Of a stretch of DNA of 64,000 nt, positions 1-8,385 are shown piece after piece. Origin of the DNA: an uncultured Gemmatimonadales bacterium (GTDB lineage: Bacteria > Gemmatimonadota > Gemmatimonadetes > Gemmatimonadales > GWC2-71-9); NCBI GenBank assembly GCA_963844035.1, contig CAWJMT010000036.1, forward strand, positions 96,001-160,000, given 5' to 3'. The notes under the pieces were generated by a model. That model ran no database searches. It was given only the letters and a program-made list of their open reading frames with translations, and was not told the origin of the DNA. The translations under genes were made by a program, and so were the position numbers. Position 1 is the stretch's first letter. Each line of letters begins with the position of its first letter.

Positions 1-1333
1 TTCGTTCAATGAGATTGGGCGGGATTCCGGGGCCCGTATCTTCGATTTCGACCCGAATGACGCCGCCGGTACGGCGCGTGCGCACGGTGAGCCGCTGGGC
101 GTCCCGCTGCCGCTTCTCCATCGCCTGCTCGGCGTTGGTGATGAGGTTCAGGAACACCTGCTGCAGCTGGTGGGCGTCCGCCATCGTCTCGGGCAGCGCG
201 TCGTCGTAGTCCCGCACGACCTCGATGCCACGCACCCGCAGCTCGTAGCCGCGCAGCTCGAGCGTGTCGTCCAGCACCTGATTGGTCGACGCCGCCGTGC
301 GCTCCGGCTTGTGCTGCCGGGCGAAGGTGAGGAGGTTCTGGACGATGCGCGACGCGCGTCGCGCCTCCGCATAGATCATCTCCGCTGCGGTGCGCTGGTC
401 GGGCGGAAAACGCTTTTCGGTCAGGAGCAGCTGCGCAAAGGCGGAAATGCCCGCGAGCGGGTTGTTCAGCTCGTGCGCGACGCCGGAAACCAGCTGCCCG
501 ATCGCCGACATCTTCTCCGACTGAATCAGCTGTTCCTGCAGCATCTTCTGGTCGGTGACGTCCCGGATGACGCAGAGGACTTCTTCGTCCCTTTGCGGCG
601 TCGAGTACGTCACCTGGATGGTCCGAACGTCGCCATCCTTACGCAGGAAACTCGTTTCGAAGAGACCGGTTTCGCCCGCGAGCGCCATCTGGAAGTGCGC
701 CAGGGCCTTCGGCAGCTCGTCATCGGGGAGCATGGGCGCGAACCACTGTGCAACAAGCTCCTCGCGACGGTAGCCTGAGATGTTTTCGGCCGCGTGGTTG
801 AACGTGGTGAAGCGCCCGTTGGCGTCCAGCGTCACGATCGCGTCCGACGCGGACTCGAACAGGTTGCGATAGCGCGATTCGGAGCGGGCCAGGGTGTCCT
901 GTGCCCGCTTCTGCTCGGTGATGTCGCGCAGCGTCGAGACGGTGCCAACCAGCTGTCCTTCGACCACCAGCGGCGCGGAAGACACAGCAACATCGCGCTC
1001 GCCGCCATCGGGCCGCAGGACCGTGGTCTCGAACCGCTGCTCTTCCCCGGCGTACCCACGCCGATCCCGCTCCGCGACGTGCTCGCGCTCGACCACGGCG
1101 AGGAGGTCGTCGACAGGGGTCCCGGGCAGGTCCTCGAGCGGCCGCCCAAACAACTCGGCCGCGGCCCGGTTGACGGTCGCCACACGGCGGTCGACCCCGG
1201 TTACCACCACCGCGTCGGCCAGCGCGGCGACGATCTCGCGCGCGGCCGACAGTGGATCGAGCGTCGCGCTCTTCGGCGGGGCGGCGGATCTCCGCACCCC
1301 AGGCGCCGGCGACGTGCGTTGGCGCTTACTCAT
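1..1333 (-). CDS. PAS-PAS sensor histidine kinase (HisKA + HATPase_c), 3' end runs off the window
   Basis: Not in the ORF track. Manual translation from ATG at 1333 gives [11 protein letters not shown]...[26 protein letters not shown] (PAS), a second PAS, then [26 protein letters not shown] (H-box), [13 protein letters not shown] (N-box) and EDTGPGIP (G1). The H-box is in frame with the start. No TM segment seen. Confidence 0.93.
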   Translation of the reverse strand, partial: MSKRQRTSPAPGVRRSAAPPKSATLDPLSAAREIVAALADAVVVTGVDRRVATVNRAAAELFGRPLEDLPGTPVDDLLAVVEREHVAERDRRGYAGEEQRFETTVLRPDGGERDVAVSSAPLVVEGQLVGTVSTLRDITEQKRAQDTLARSESRYRNLFESASDAIVTLDANGRFTTFNHAAENISGYRREELVAQWFAPMLPDDELPKALAHFQMALAGETGLFETSFLRKDGDVRTIQVTYSTPQRDEEVLCVIRDVTDQKMLQEQLIQSEKMSAIGQLVSGVAHELNNPLAGISAFAQLLLTEKRFPPDQRTAAEMIYAEARRASRIVQNLLTFARQHKPERTAASTNQVLDDTLELRGYELRVRGIEVVRDYDDALPETMADAHQLQQVFLNLITNAEQAMEKRQRDAQRLTVRTRRTGGVIRVEIEDTGPGIPPNLIER

Positions 1334-2004
1334 TTCTTGTAGCAGGCCACCATGGACTCTCGCATCAGCGACAGACTCTTCACCGACGCCGACGTCACCG
1401 CGTCCGGATCTTCGTCTTTTGCGACACAGCTCTTGATGATCTCGAGCGCGTGGATCGGATGCTCATCGTCGTACTTGGCGTGCTCTTCGAGCCACCAACG
1501 CCCCCGGGGACCGATCTTCTCGTTGCTGCCCAGCCCCTTCAGCGCCTTCTCGGAGATCTTCTGAGCCACGCCCTCCACGGCATAGTTCACCGCGCCGACG
1601 GCAGAAGCGAACGGCGCCGTCCGGCTCATGCTGGTGAGGTAGTCGTGGAACTCGCGCGTTTGGGCGTTCATTTCCTCGGCCACCTGAAACCGCGCGCGGG
1701 GGACCTTGAAGCCGTCGCCCATGGCGCGCCACATGGCATCGTGACGCTTCTCCACGCGGATGTTGTCGCGGAAGAACGACTGGCCATTCGCCGGGGAGCG
1801 ATCCAGCAGGATCTGCAGCCACTGCGGGAAGTCCCGGATGATGGGATAGAACGCCACGAGGAAGTTCTGAATCCCGCCATCGGCGAGTCGATTTTCCGAC
1901 GCATCCACGACGACCGGGGTATCGAGAATCGCCTTGCGGTGCGGCTCCAACTCGGTGTCCAAGCCAGCCACCCAAGTTGGGTGTGGCGTTATCTCTACAG
2001 ACAT
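1330..2004 (-). CDS. undA: Heme-oxygenase-like diiron enzyme (TenA/PqqC superfamily), UndA-like fatty acid decarboxylase
   Basis: Motifs [16 protein letters not shown] and [20 protein letters not shown] match UndA-type motifs. Candidate Fe ligands are E85, H88, E144, H175 and H182. AAGGAG RBS present. The symbol rests on recalled motif similarity only. Confidence 0.75.
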   Translation of the reverse strand: MSVEITPHPTWVAGLDTELEPHRKAILDTPVVVDASENRLADGGIQNFLVAFYPIIRDFPQWLQILLDRSPANGQSFFRDNIRVEKRHDAMWRAMGDGFKVPRARFQVAEEMNAQTREFHDYLTSMSRTAPFASAVGAVNYAVEGVAQKISEKALKGLGSNEKIGPRGRWWLEEHAKYDDEHPIHALEIIKSCVAKDEDPDAVTSASVKSLSLMRESMVACYKK

Positions 2005-2195
2005 GCCGTCTCCTTCTAGGGCGCGTTTGTGTGGGGGAACCGTCCCAGCAACAAAAGCACCTCAATTTACACTTGGGTGCGAGTGATGCAAATTCAAGTA
2101 CGGTGGTGACTTGGACTACAGCGCCCGATCGCATTACAGGTTTGTCTCGTAACTCCGCTGCCTGCCAAGGCATGCCGTTCCCAGCCCCGTCCCAG

Positions 2196-2236
2196 TTGAC
2201 ATGATATATCAGTCACGCAGTAACGTCACGTAACAT
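2196..2236 (+). promoter_or_regulatory. Sigma70-like promoter with palindromic operator upstream of padR
   Basis: TTGACA at 2196-2201 is directly followed by the perfect palindrome TGATATATCA (2202-2211). TAACGT (2221) and TAACAT (2231) are -10 candidates. Confidence 0.5.
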
Positions 2237-2243
2237 CGTACTA

Positions 2244-2792
2244 ATGGAGTGTCAAATGAGACGCGGCTTTGGATGGGACACATTCGGATTCGCTTTCGGC
2301 CCGCGACAATGGGCCGGCGGGCGCCGTCGGCGCCAGTGGTTCGAGTCCGGTGACATGAAGTACGTGATCTTGAAACTGGTGCAGGAAAAGCCCCGGCATG
2401 GCTACGAAGTGATGAAGGAGCTCGAAGAGCGCATGCACGGCTGCTACTCCCCGTCGCCCGGGACGGTTTACCCCACGCTCCAGTGGCTCGAGGATGAGGG
2501 CCTGGTGATCGCCAAAGACGTGGCGGGCAAGAAGGTCTTCGAGATTACTGACGCAGGGCGTGCTTTCCTGGAGGAGCATCGCGACGTGGTGGAAGAGATA
2601 TTCGATCGGGTGAAGGAAACCGTGGAGCGGGTAATGGGCGGTGCCATGGTGGACGTCAACCGCGCCGTTGGTCGCCTGGTCAAGGCGGTGTACCGCACCG
2701 GCTGGAAGGTCCAGGACGATGGGGCACGCCGGAAGGTTGCCGAAGTGCTTACACGGGCGGCTGAGGAGCTCGAGGTGCTCGCTGGGCACTAG
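2244..2792 (+). CDS. PadR-family transcriptional regulator (YqjI-like)
   Basis: GDMKYVILKLVQEKPRHGYEVMKELEE...YSPSPGTVYPTLQWLEDEGL wHTH signature. The start may be 2256. Confidence 0.93.
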   Translation: MECQMRRGFGWDTFGFAFGPRQWAGGRRRRQWFESGDMKYVILKLVQEKPRHGYEVMKELEERMHGCYSPSPGTVYPTLQWLEDEGLVIAKDVAGKKVFEITDAGRAFLEEHRDVVEEIFDRVKETVERVMGGAMVDVNRAVGRLVKAVYRTGWKVQDDGARRKVAEVLTRAAEELEVLAGH

Positions 2793-3249
2793 TCACGGCT
2801 CGCCTCCACACGAAGCGGTAGGCCTGTGCTTCACCTGCCGCTCCATGCGGTCGACCACCAACCGGCATGGCTCCACGTTCTTCCGCTGTGCTCGCGCCGA
2901 GACGGACGCACGGTTTGTCCGATACCCGCCACTCCCGGTGCGCGCCTGCGCCGGCTATGAGGAAGCCATGTTCTTCGTCGTTCTGATGCACTATACGGCG
3001 CCGCTTGCGGAGGTGGACGCGATCCGTCCCGCCCACATCGAGCATCTCGAGCGCTTCGCTCGGGAGGGGGTGTTCCATGCGTGGGCGCGCCGCGACCCTC
3101 CGGCGGGCGGAGTGCTCGTCGCGGCGGCGCCCGACCGTACGACCCTGGAGTCGATCGTCGCTCAGGACCCTTACCTGCAGGCGGGTGTGGCCCGCGCCGA
3201 GATCGTCAATTTCAGCCCCGCCAACGTCCGCGGAGCACTGCGCACCTAG
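2782..3249 (+). CDS. YciI-family protein (ATG 2968) with an in-frame N-terminal 4-Cys segment
   Basis: MFFVVLMHYTAPLAEVDAIRPAHIEHLE...GGVLV...DPY is YciI-like. Upstream and in frame is GLCFTCR...FFRC...YPPLPVRACAGY. The 5' start is uncertain (possible CTG at 2782). Confidence 0.75.
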   Translation: MGTSHGSPPHEAVGLCFTCRSMRSTTNRHGSTFFRCARAETDARFVRYPPLPVRACAGYEEAMFFVVLMHYTAPLAEVDAIRPAHIEHLERFAREGVFHAWARRDPPAGGVLVAAAPDRTTLESIVAQDPYLQAGVARAEIVNFSPANVRGALRT

Positions 3250-3327
3250 GTCGGCTGCTAGACGACGTAACTGCATGCGGCACTGAGACGTAGGCCTCCT
3301 GGCGACCGTTCCTCCGCCGCCCCTCTA

Positions 3328-4315
3328 TTGCATCTGGCCCCGGCGCTCGCCACTTTGAGGCCGCGCCCCCCAAAATCTACCGAGGTGATAGTGGTCCATC
3401 CGAGTCTGGTGGAGCGCGCCAAGTTGTTCTTCTTCCGCCACTTCGAGCGGATCTTCGTGCTGCTGCTCGTCGGCGCCATGCTTGTCATTCACGCCGTGAT
3501 CGAGCAGAAGTTCGCATTCCTGAGCTTCTACTACCTCCCCGTGATTCTCGCCGGCTTCTACGGCGGCCGGCGCTTTGCCGTCGTGTCCAGCCTGTTCATG
3601 GTGTCGCTCGTCTTTTTCTACCAGGCGGTGCAGGGACTCGACATGCTCCCTGGCTTTTACGAGGGTTCGATTCTGACCCTCGGGCCCTGGGCGGGATTTC
3701 TCATCCTCACCGGGTACGTCGTGGGCAGACTTGCGGAGCAGCGGGAGGCGCGCCTGGTCGAGGTCAAGAACGCCTACATGGCGACCCTCGAGCTGCTCGC
3801 GTTCCATATCGAGTCGACGGAGAAGAACCAGCAGGGCCACGGCAATCGCGTCTCCGAGCTGGCGGTTGCGATTGCGCAGGAGCTCAAGCTGCCGAAGGAG
3901 GACGTCGAGAATCTCCGCGTGGCCGCGCTGCTGCACGAAGTGGGCACCCGCGATCACCGACTGGTCCGCCTGCTGTCGGGCTCGCAGGGCGACGCGTCGG
4001 TTCCGGTGGCTCGCGCGATGCACGGTGCGGCGGGAATTATTGCCGAGTACGCGCACTACTACGAGATCGTCGGCGAGGACTGGGCTATCGACACGCTGCC
4101 CATGCCCCTCACCGTAAAGATCCTTGCCGTGGCGGATGCGTTCGAAACGCTGCAGATCGCCACGCCGGTGCGCCAGGCATTTCCGAAGTGGAGCGCCCTG
4201 GAAGAAATCGAGCGGGGGGCCGGGTCGACGTTCACACCGGCGGTGGTGCGGGCGCTCCGGGCCGTGGCGGGGGCGCCCGAAGCCTCGCATCGCCCCCACC
4301 CTGAAGGTGGTGTAG
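3328..4315 (+). CDS. Membrane-anchored degenerate HD-GYP domain protein
   Basis: About four N-terminal TM helices, then GHGNRVSELAVAIA...AALLHEVG...KILAVADAFE. The probable true end is HRPTLKVV* at 4315 after removing one C in the run near 4293-4297. The start may be ~3384. Confidence 0.8.
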
Positions 4316-4318
4316 TCC

Positions 4319-5230
4319 TTACTGCGCAGCCGGCGGCGGCACTACTGCCACCGCCATTCCCATGACGTGATAGCCCGAATCCACATAGACGATCGATCCC
4401 GTGATCGCGCGCGCCAGCGGGCTCAGCAGGAACGCCGCGGTCGCCCCGACATCGTCGGCATGAATCGGCCGTGGTAGCGGGGCGTTGGCGGTCGTGTACG
4501 CGATCATCTGCTCGATGAAGCCGATGGCGCTCGCCGCGCGTGATGCCCAGGGGCCGGCCGAGATGGTGTTCACCCGCACACCGTAGCGGCGGCCTGCTTC
4601 GTAGGCGAGGGTCCGCGTGTCCGCTTCGAGCGCTGCCTTGGCCGACGACATGCCGCCGCCGTATCCCGGGATCACCCGTTCTCCCGCCATGTAGGTGAGA
4701 GAGAGAAAGGCCCCCTCAGGACGCATCATGGGGCCGAGGTGGTGCACCAGCGCGATGTTGCTGTACGCGCTCACCCCCACGGCGTCGAGATATCCGCGCC
4801 GGGAGGTGTCGAGCAGCGGCTTCTTGACTTCCGACGCATTCGCGAGGCTGTGGACCACGATATCGAGTGGCCGCTCGCCAAAATCCTGGCGTAGCCGCTC
4901 GGTGACGCCCTGGACGCTGAAGTCGCCGACCTCGCGGTAGCGCTTGTTCTCCCGGATGTCGGTGGGTGCGTCGGCGAGCGTATCGAAGGCCGCGTCGAGG
5001 GGATAGATGCGCTCGAAGGTCAACGTGCCGCCGTCCGCGAGCCGCATCGACTCCGCGATCTTGCCCCGCTCGAGCAGCTTGGTAAAGATGCCGAGCGCCG
5101 GCGGCCAGGTTCCGAGGCAGATCGACGCTCCCGCCTGGGCGAGGGCTTTGGCGATGGCGAAGCCGAACCCGCCGTCGTCGGCGACACCGGCGATGAACGC
5201 GCGTTTTCCCGAAAGATCGATGTTCAGCAT
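4319..5230 (-). CDS. fabI: Enoyl-ACP reductase, chlamydial/plastid-type FabI
   Basis: [34 protein letters not shown] and [13 protein letters not shown] motifs. Confidence 0.93.
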   Translation of the reverse strand: MLNIDLSGKRAFIAGVADDGGFGFAIAKALAQAGASICLGTWPPALGIFTKLLERGKIAESMRLADGGTLTFERIYPLDAAFDTLADAPTDIRENKRYREVGDFSVQGVTERLRQDFGERPLDIVVHSLANASEVKKPLLDTSRRGYLDAVGVSAYSNIALVHHLGPMMRPEGAFLSLTYMAGERVIPGYGGGMSSAKAALEADTRTLAYEAGRRYGVRVNTISAGPWASRAASAIGFIEQMIAYTTANAPLPRPIHADDVGATAAFLLSPLARAITGSIVYVDSGYHVMGMAVAVVPPPAAQ

Positions 5231-5240
5231 GGGCCTCACA

Positions 5241-6237
5241 TTACCATCGTATGGCCGCGCTCGCCCAGGTGAATCCCGAGCCGAACGCGGTGAGAATCAG
5301 CAGGTCGCCTCGCCGCAGCCGTCCTTCCGACAGCGCCTCATCGAGCGCGATCGGGATCGAGGCGGCGGTCGTATTGCCGTATTTCTGAATGTTCGCGTAG
5401 ACCTGGTCGTCACGGAGACCAAGCGCTTTCTGCACCATCTCGATGATACGCAAGTTTGCCTGATGGGGGACCAGGAGCTTCACGTCGGCAGGCGTGAGGC
5501 CGTGGGTGCGGAGCGCGAGCTGGACGGCTTGCGGCATCAGCACGGCCGCTGACTTGAACACCTCGCGACCGTCCATCACCGCGCGATGCTGTCCCGCCTC
5601 GATCATGGCCACACTCACAAACGGGTCGTGGGCGAGGCCCGGGCCGTCGACCCAGAGCTTCTCCGCATGGCGCCCGTCGGCAAAGAGGTGGGTGGAGAGG
5701 ATGCCGCGGTCGGGGTCGTCGGTGGGGCCCAGGATCATCGCGCCTGCGCCGTCCCCGAACAGCACGGCGGTGTCGCGCCCCCGGGTCGTCTTGTCGAGGC
5801 CGCGTGAGTGTACCTCGGCACCCACCAGGAGAATGCGGCGGTACTGGCCGACGCGGATCCACGCGTCCGCGACCGAGAGCCCGTACATGAACCCGCTGCA
5901 CTGGTTGCGGATGTCGATGGCGGGGATGTCGGTGACGCCGAGCTCACGCTGGAGGAACACGCCGTTGCCAGGCTCGAAGTGGTCCGGGGTACAGGTGCAG
6001 TACACGATGCAGTCGAGATCACTCGGCTTCATGCCGGCCTTGGCGAGCGCGCGGGACGACGCTTCCCGTGCCAGGCTCACGCCCGTCTCTCCAGGCCCCA
6101 CCCAGTGGCGGGCGCTGATCCCGCTGCGCTGCACGATCCACTCGTCCGACGTGTCCATCATCGTCGCGAGATCGTGGTTGGTGACGCGCCGCGCGGGCAC
6201 GTGAAAGCCGGTAGCAAGCACTTCGGTACGGGGCATC
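5241..6237 (-). CDS. fabH: 3-oxoacyl-ACP synthase III
   Basis: [14 protein letters not shown], catalytic C (NQCSGF), H (PHQAN) and N (YGNTTAAS), plus FGSGFTW. Likely start MPRTEV at 6237. Confidence 0.93.
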
Positions 6238-6303
6238 AGGCCTCGGCGCGCCAGGTTGCGGGGTGAGAGTGAATGGGGAAGATTTCGCCGCCGGCAGGGC
6301 AAA

Positions 6304-6335
6304 GTTAGGCGGTTAGGCGGTTAGACGGCTAGGGA
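6304..6335 (+). repeat. Octamer tandem repeat
   Basis: GTTAGGCG GTTAGGCG GTTAGACG GCTAGGGA in the fabH/S9 intergenic region. Confidence 0.7.
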
Positions 6336-6349
6336 CCAAGGGGAGCGAC

Positions 6350-8371
6350 ATGCAGAAACTACGACGGTTCGTCTTGATCGGTGCATTGACCGCAGTCTCA
6401 TCCCTCGCTCCTCGTGCCAGCCTCGCCCAGAAGCGCGCGATGACGTTCGCCGATTTCCTCGCGCTGCCGAGCGTTGGGGGGCCGCAGCTCTCGCCCGACG
6501 GGAAATCGATCGCCTATACCGTCACGACGTATTCCCTGCCCGACAATCGCGGCACGTCGCGCGTCTGGCTCGCGGACGTGGCGACCGGCCGCACGCGGCA
6601 GCTCACGCAGGGGCCAGGGTCGGACCGCCAGCCGCGCTGGTCGCCCGACGGGAGCAGCCTGGCATTTGTGTCGACCAGGCAGGGCGGCGCTCAACTGTGG
6701 GTCCTGGCGCTCGCGGGCGGCGAGGCCCGTCAGGTGACGAGCCTTCCGGACGGCGTGTTCGATCCGGTGTGGCTCCCCGACGGAAAAGCGCTGCTCGTGA
6801 CCAGCGACATCAAGTGGCCGGCGGAGCAGGAGATCGACCGCCGCAACGGCGAGTACCCGACCGACGCGCGCCTGTGGACCGACCTGTTCTACCGGCACTG
6901 GGACGAGTGGCGCGCGGGAAAACGGCAGCACCTGTTCTCGGTGAATCTGGCCGACGGGCGGGCCCGGGACATCACGCCACTCGACCGCGACGTCCCGACC
7001 ATCGCCACCGGCGGCGACGGGGACGTGCACGTCGCGCCCGACGGGCGCGAGATCGCCGTGGCGATCCACACCGATCGGGTCGCCGACAGCACCAACGTCG
7101 AGATCTACGCGCTGCGGCCGGACGGCTCCGGCCTACGAGCGCTCACGAGCGGCCGCGGGGCGGACAACACACCGCGGTATTCTCCCGACGGACGGTGGCT
7201 GGCGTACCTGTCCCTGGAACGGCCGGGGTTTGAAGCCGATCGGGGGCGGCTCATGCTGCTCCCCCGGACCGACGGGCGGACCGGCGGTCCGGCGGTCGAG
7301 GCCACAAAGGGGTGGACGCTATCCGTGGCGTCGTATTCCTGGTGTCCGAGCTCGCAGTGCATCCTCGCGGTCGTGGAAGAGCGCGGCCGGGAAAACATCT
7401 ACCGGATCGACCTGCCGTCCTACCGCCGGTCCGACGTGGTGACGAACGGCGGGGTGAACACGGCCGCGACCCTGGCCCTCGACGGACGGTCCGCGGCGTA
7501 CCTCCATCAGAGCAACACCGAGCCCGCGGAAGTCTGGTTCGGCGGACGGCGTCTCACCCACCACACCGACTCTGGCGTAGCGGTGCTCGATTTGCGTCCA
7601 CTCGAGTCGATCGGGTTCGTCGGGGCGCTGGGGGATTCGGTGTTCGCGTGGGTCCTGAAGCCGCCCGGCTTCGACGCCGCGAAGAAGTACCCTCTGATCT
7701 ACTTGATCCATGGCGGTCCCCAAGGCGCATGGGACGATCTGTGGCACGCGCGCTGGAACTACCAGATGTTCGCGAGCCGCGGCTACGTCGTCGCGGCAGT
7801 GAACTTCCACGGCTCGACGGGCTACGGCCAGGCGTTCACCGATGCCATCTCGCAGCACTGGGGAGACTATCCGTACGAGGACCTGATGAAGGGCCTGGAC
7901 GTGGTGGCGCGCCTCCCGTACGTCGATTCAACGCGTATGGGAGCGGCTGGAGCGTCGTATGGCGGCTACATGATCTACTGGCTGGCGGGCCACACCAATC
8001 GCTTCAAGACGCTGGTCGCCCACGACGGCGTCTTCAACCTTGCAAGCATGTACGGCTCAACCGAGGAGCTGTGGTTCGTCGAGTGGGAACTCGGCGGCAG
8101 CCTGTACCGCAATCGGGCGTTGTACGAGAAGTGGTCCCCGCACAACCACGTGGAGCAGTGGAAGACCCCGATGCTCATCGTCCACTCGCAGCTCGACTAT
8201 CGCGTGGATCTGTCGGAAGGCTATCAGGCGTTCACGGCGCTCCGCACCATGGGCGTTCCCGCGAAATTTCTGTACTTCCCCGACGAGGGCCATTGGATAT
8301 TGCGGCCGCGCAACCGCCGCATCTGGTGGAGCACGGTGCTCGACTGGATGGACCAGTATCTAAAAAAATAG
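6350..8371 (+). CDS. S9-family peptidase (dipeptidyl aminopeptidase/acylaminoacyl peptidase) with TolB-like propeller
   Basis: Signal peptide, SPDG repeats, IHGGPQ, GASYGG nucleophile, DYRV and DEGH triad motifs. Confidence 0.95.
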   Translation: MQKLRRFVLIGALTAVSSLAPRASLAQKRAMTFADFLALPSVGGPQLSPDGKSIAYTVTTYSLPDNRGTSRVWLADVATGRTRQLTQGPGSDRQPRWSPDGSSLAFVSTRQGGAQLWVLALAGGEARQVTSLPDGVFDPVWLPDGKALLVTSDIKWPAEQEIDRRNGEYPTDARLWTDLFYRHWDEWRAGKRQHLFSVNLADGRARDITPLDRDVPTIATGGDGDVHVAPDGREIAVAIHTDRVADSTNVEIYALRPDGSGLRALTSGRGADNTPRYSPDGRWLAYLSLERPGFEADRGRLMLLPRTDGRTGGPAVEATKGWTLSVASYSWCPSSQCILAVVEERGRENIYRIDLPSYRRSDVVTNGGVNTAATLALDGRSAAYLHQSNTEPAEVWFGGRRLTHHTDSGVAVLDLRPLESIGFVGALGDSVFAWVLKPPGFDAAKKYPLIYLIHGGPQGAWDDLWHARWNYQMFASRGYVVAAVNFHGSTGYGQAFTDAISQHWGDYPYEDLMKGLDVVARLPYVDSTRMGAAGASYGGYMIYWLAGHTNRFKTLVAHDGVFNLASMYGSTEELWFVEWELGGSLYRNRALYEKWSPHNHVEQWKTPMLIVHSQLDYRVDLSEGYQAFTALRTMGVPAKFLYFPDEGHWILRPRNRRIWWSTVLDWMDQYLKK

Positions 8372-8385
8372 CTGATTGCTGTTCT

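Noticed and set aside
170..1436. Plus-strand ORFs over the first 1.4 kb
   Set aside because: They are antisense shadows of the minus-strand histidine kinase, which has clear H, N and G boxes.
4316..4365. 47-nt convergent overlap of the HD-GYP gene with fabI
   Set aside because: Removing one C from the run near 4293-4297 ends the protein as HRPTLKVV* at 4315 with no overlap, so it is likely an indel artefact.
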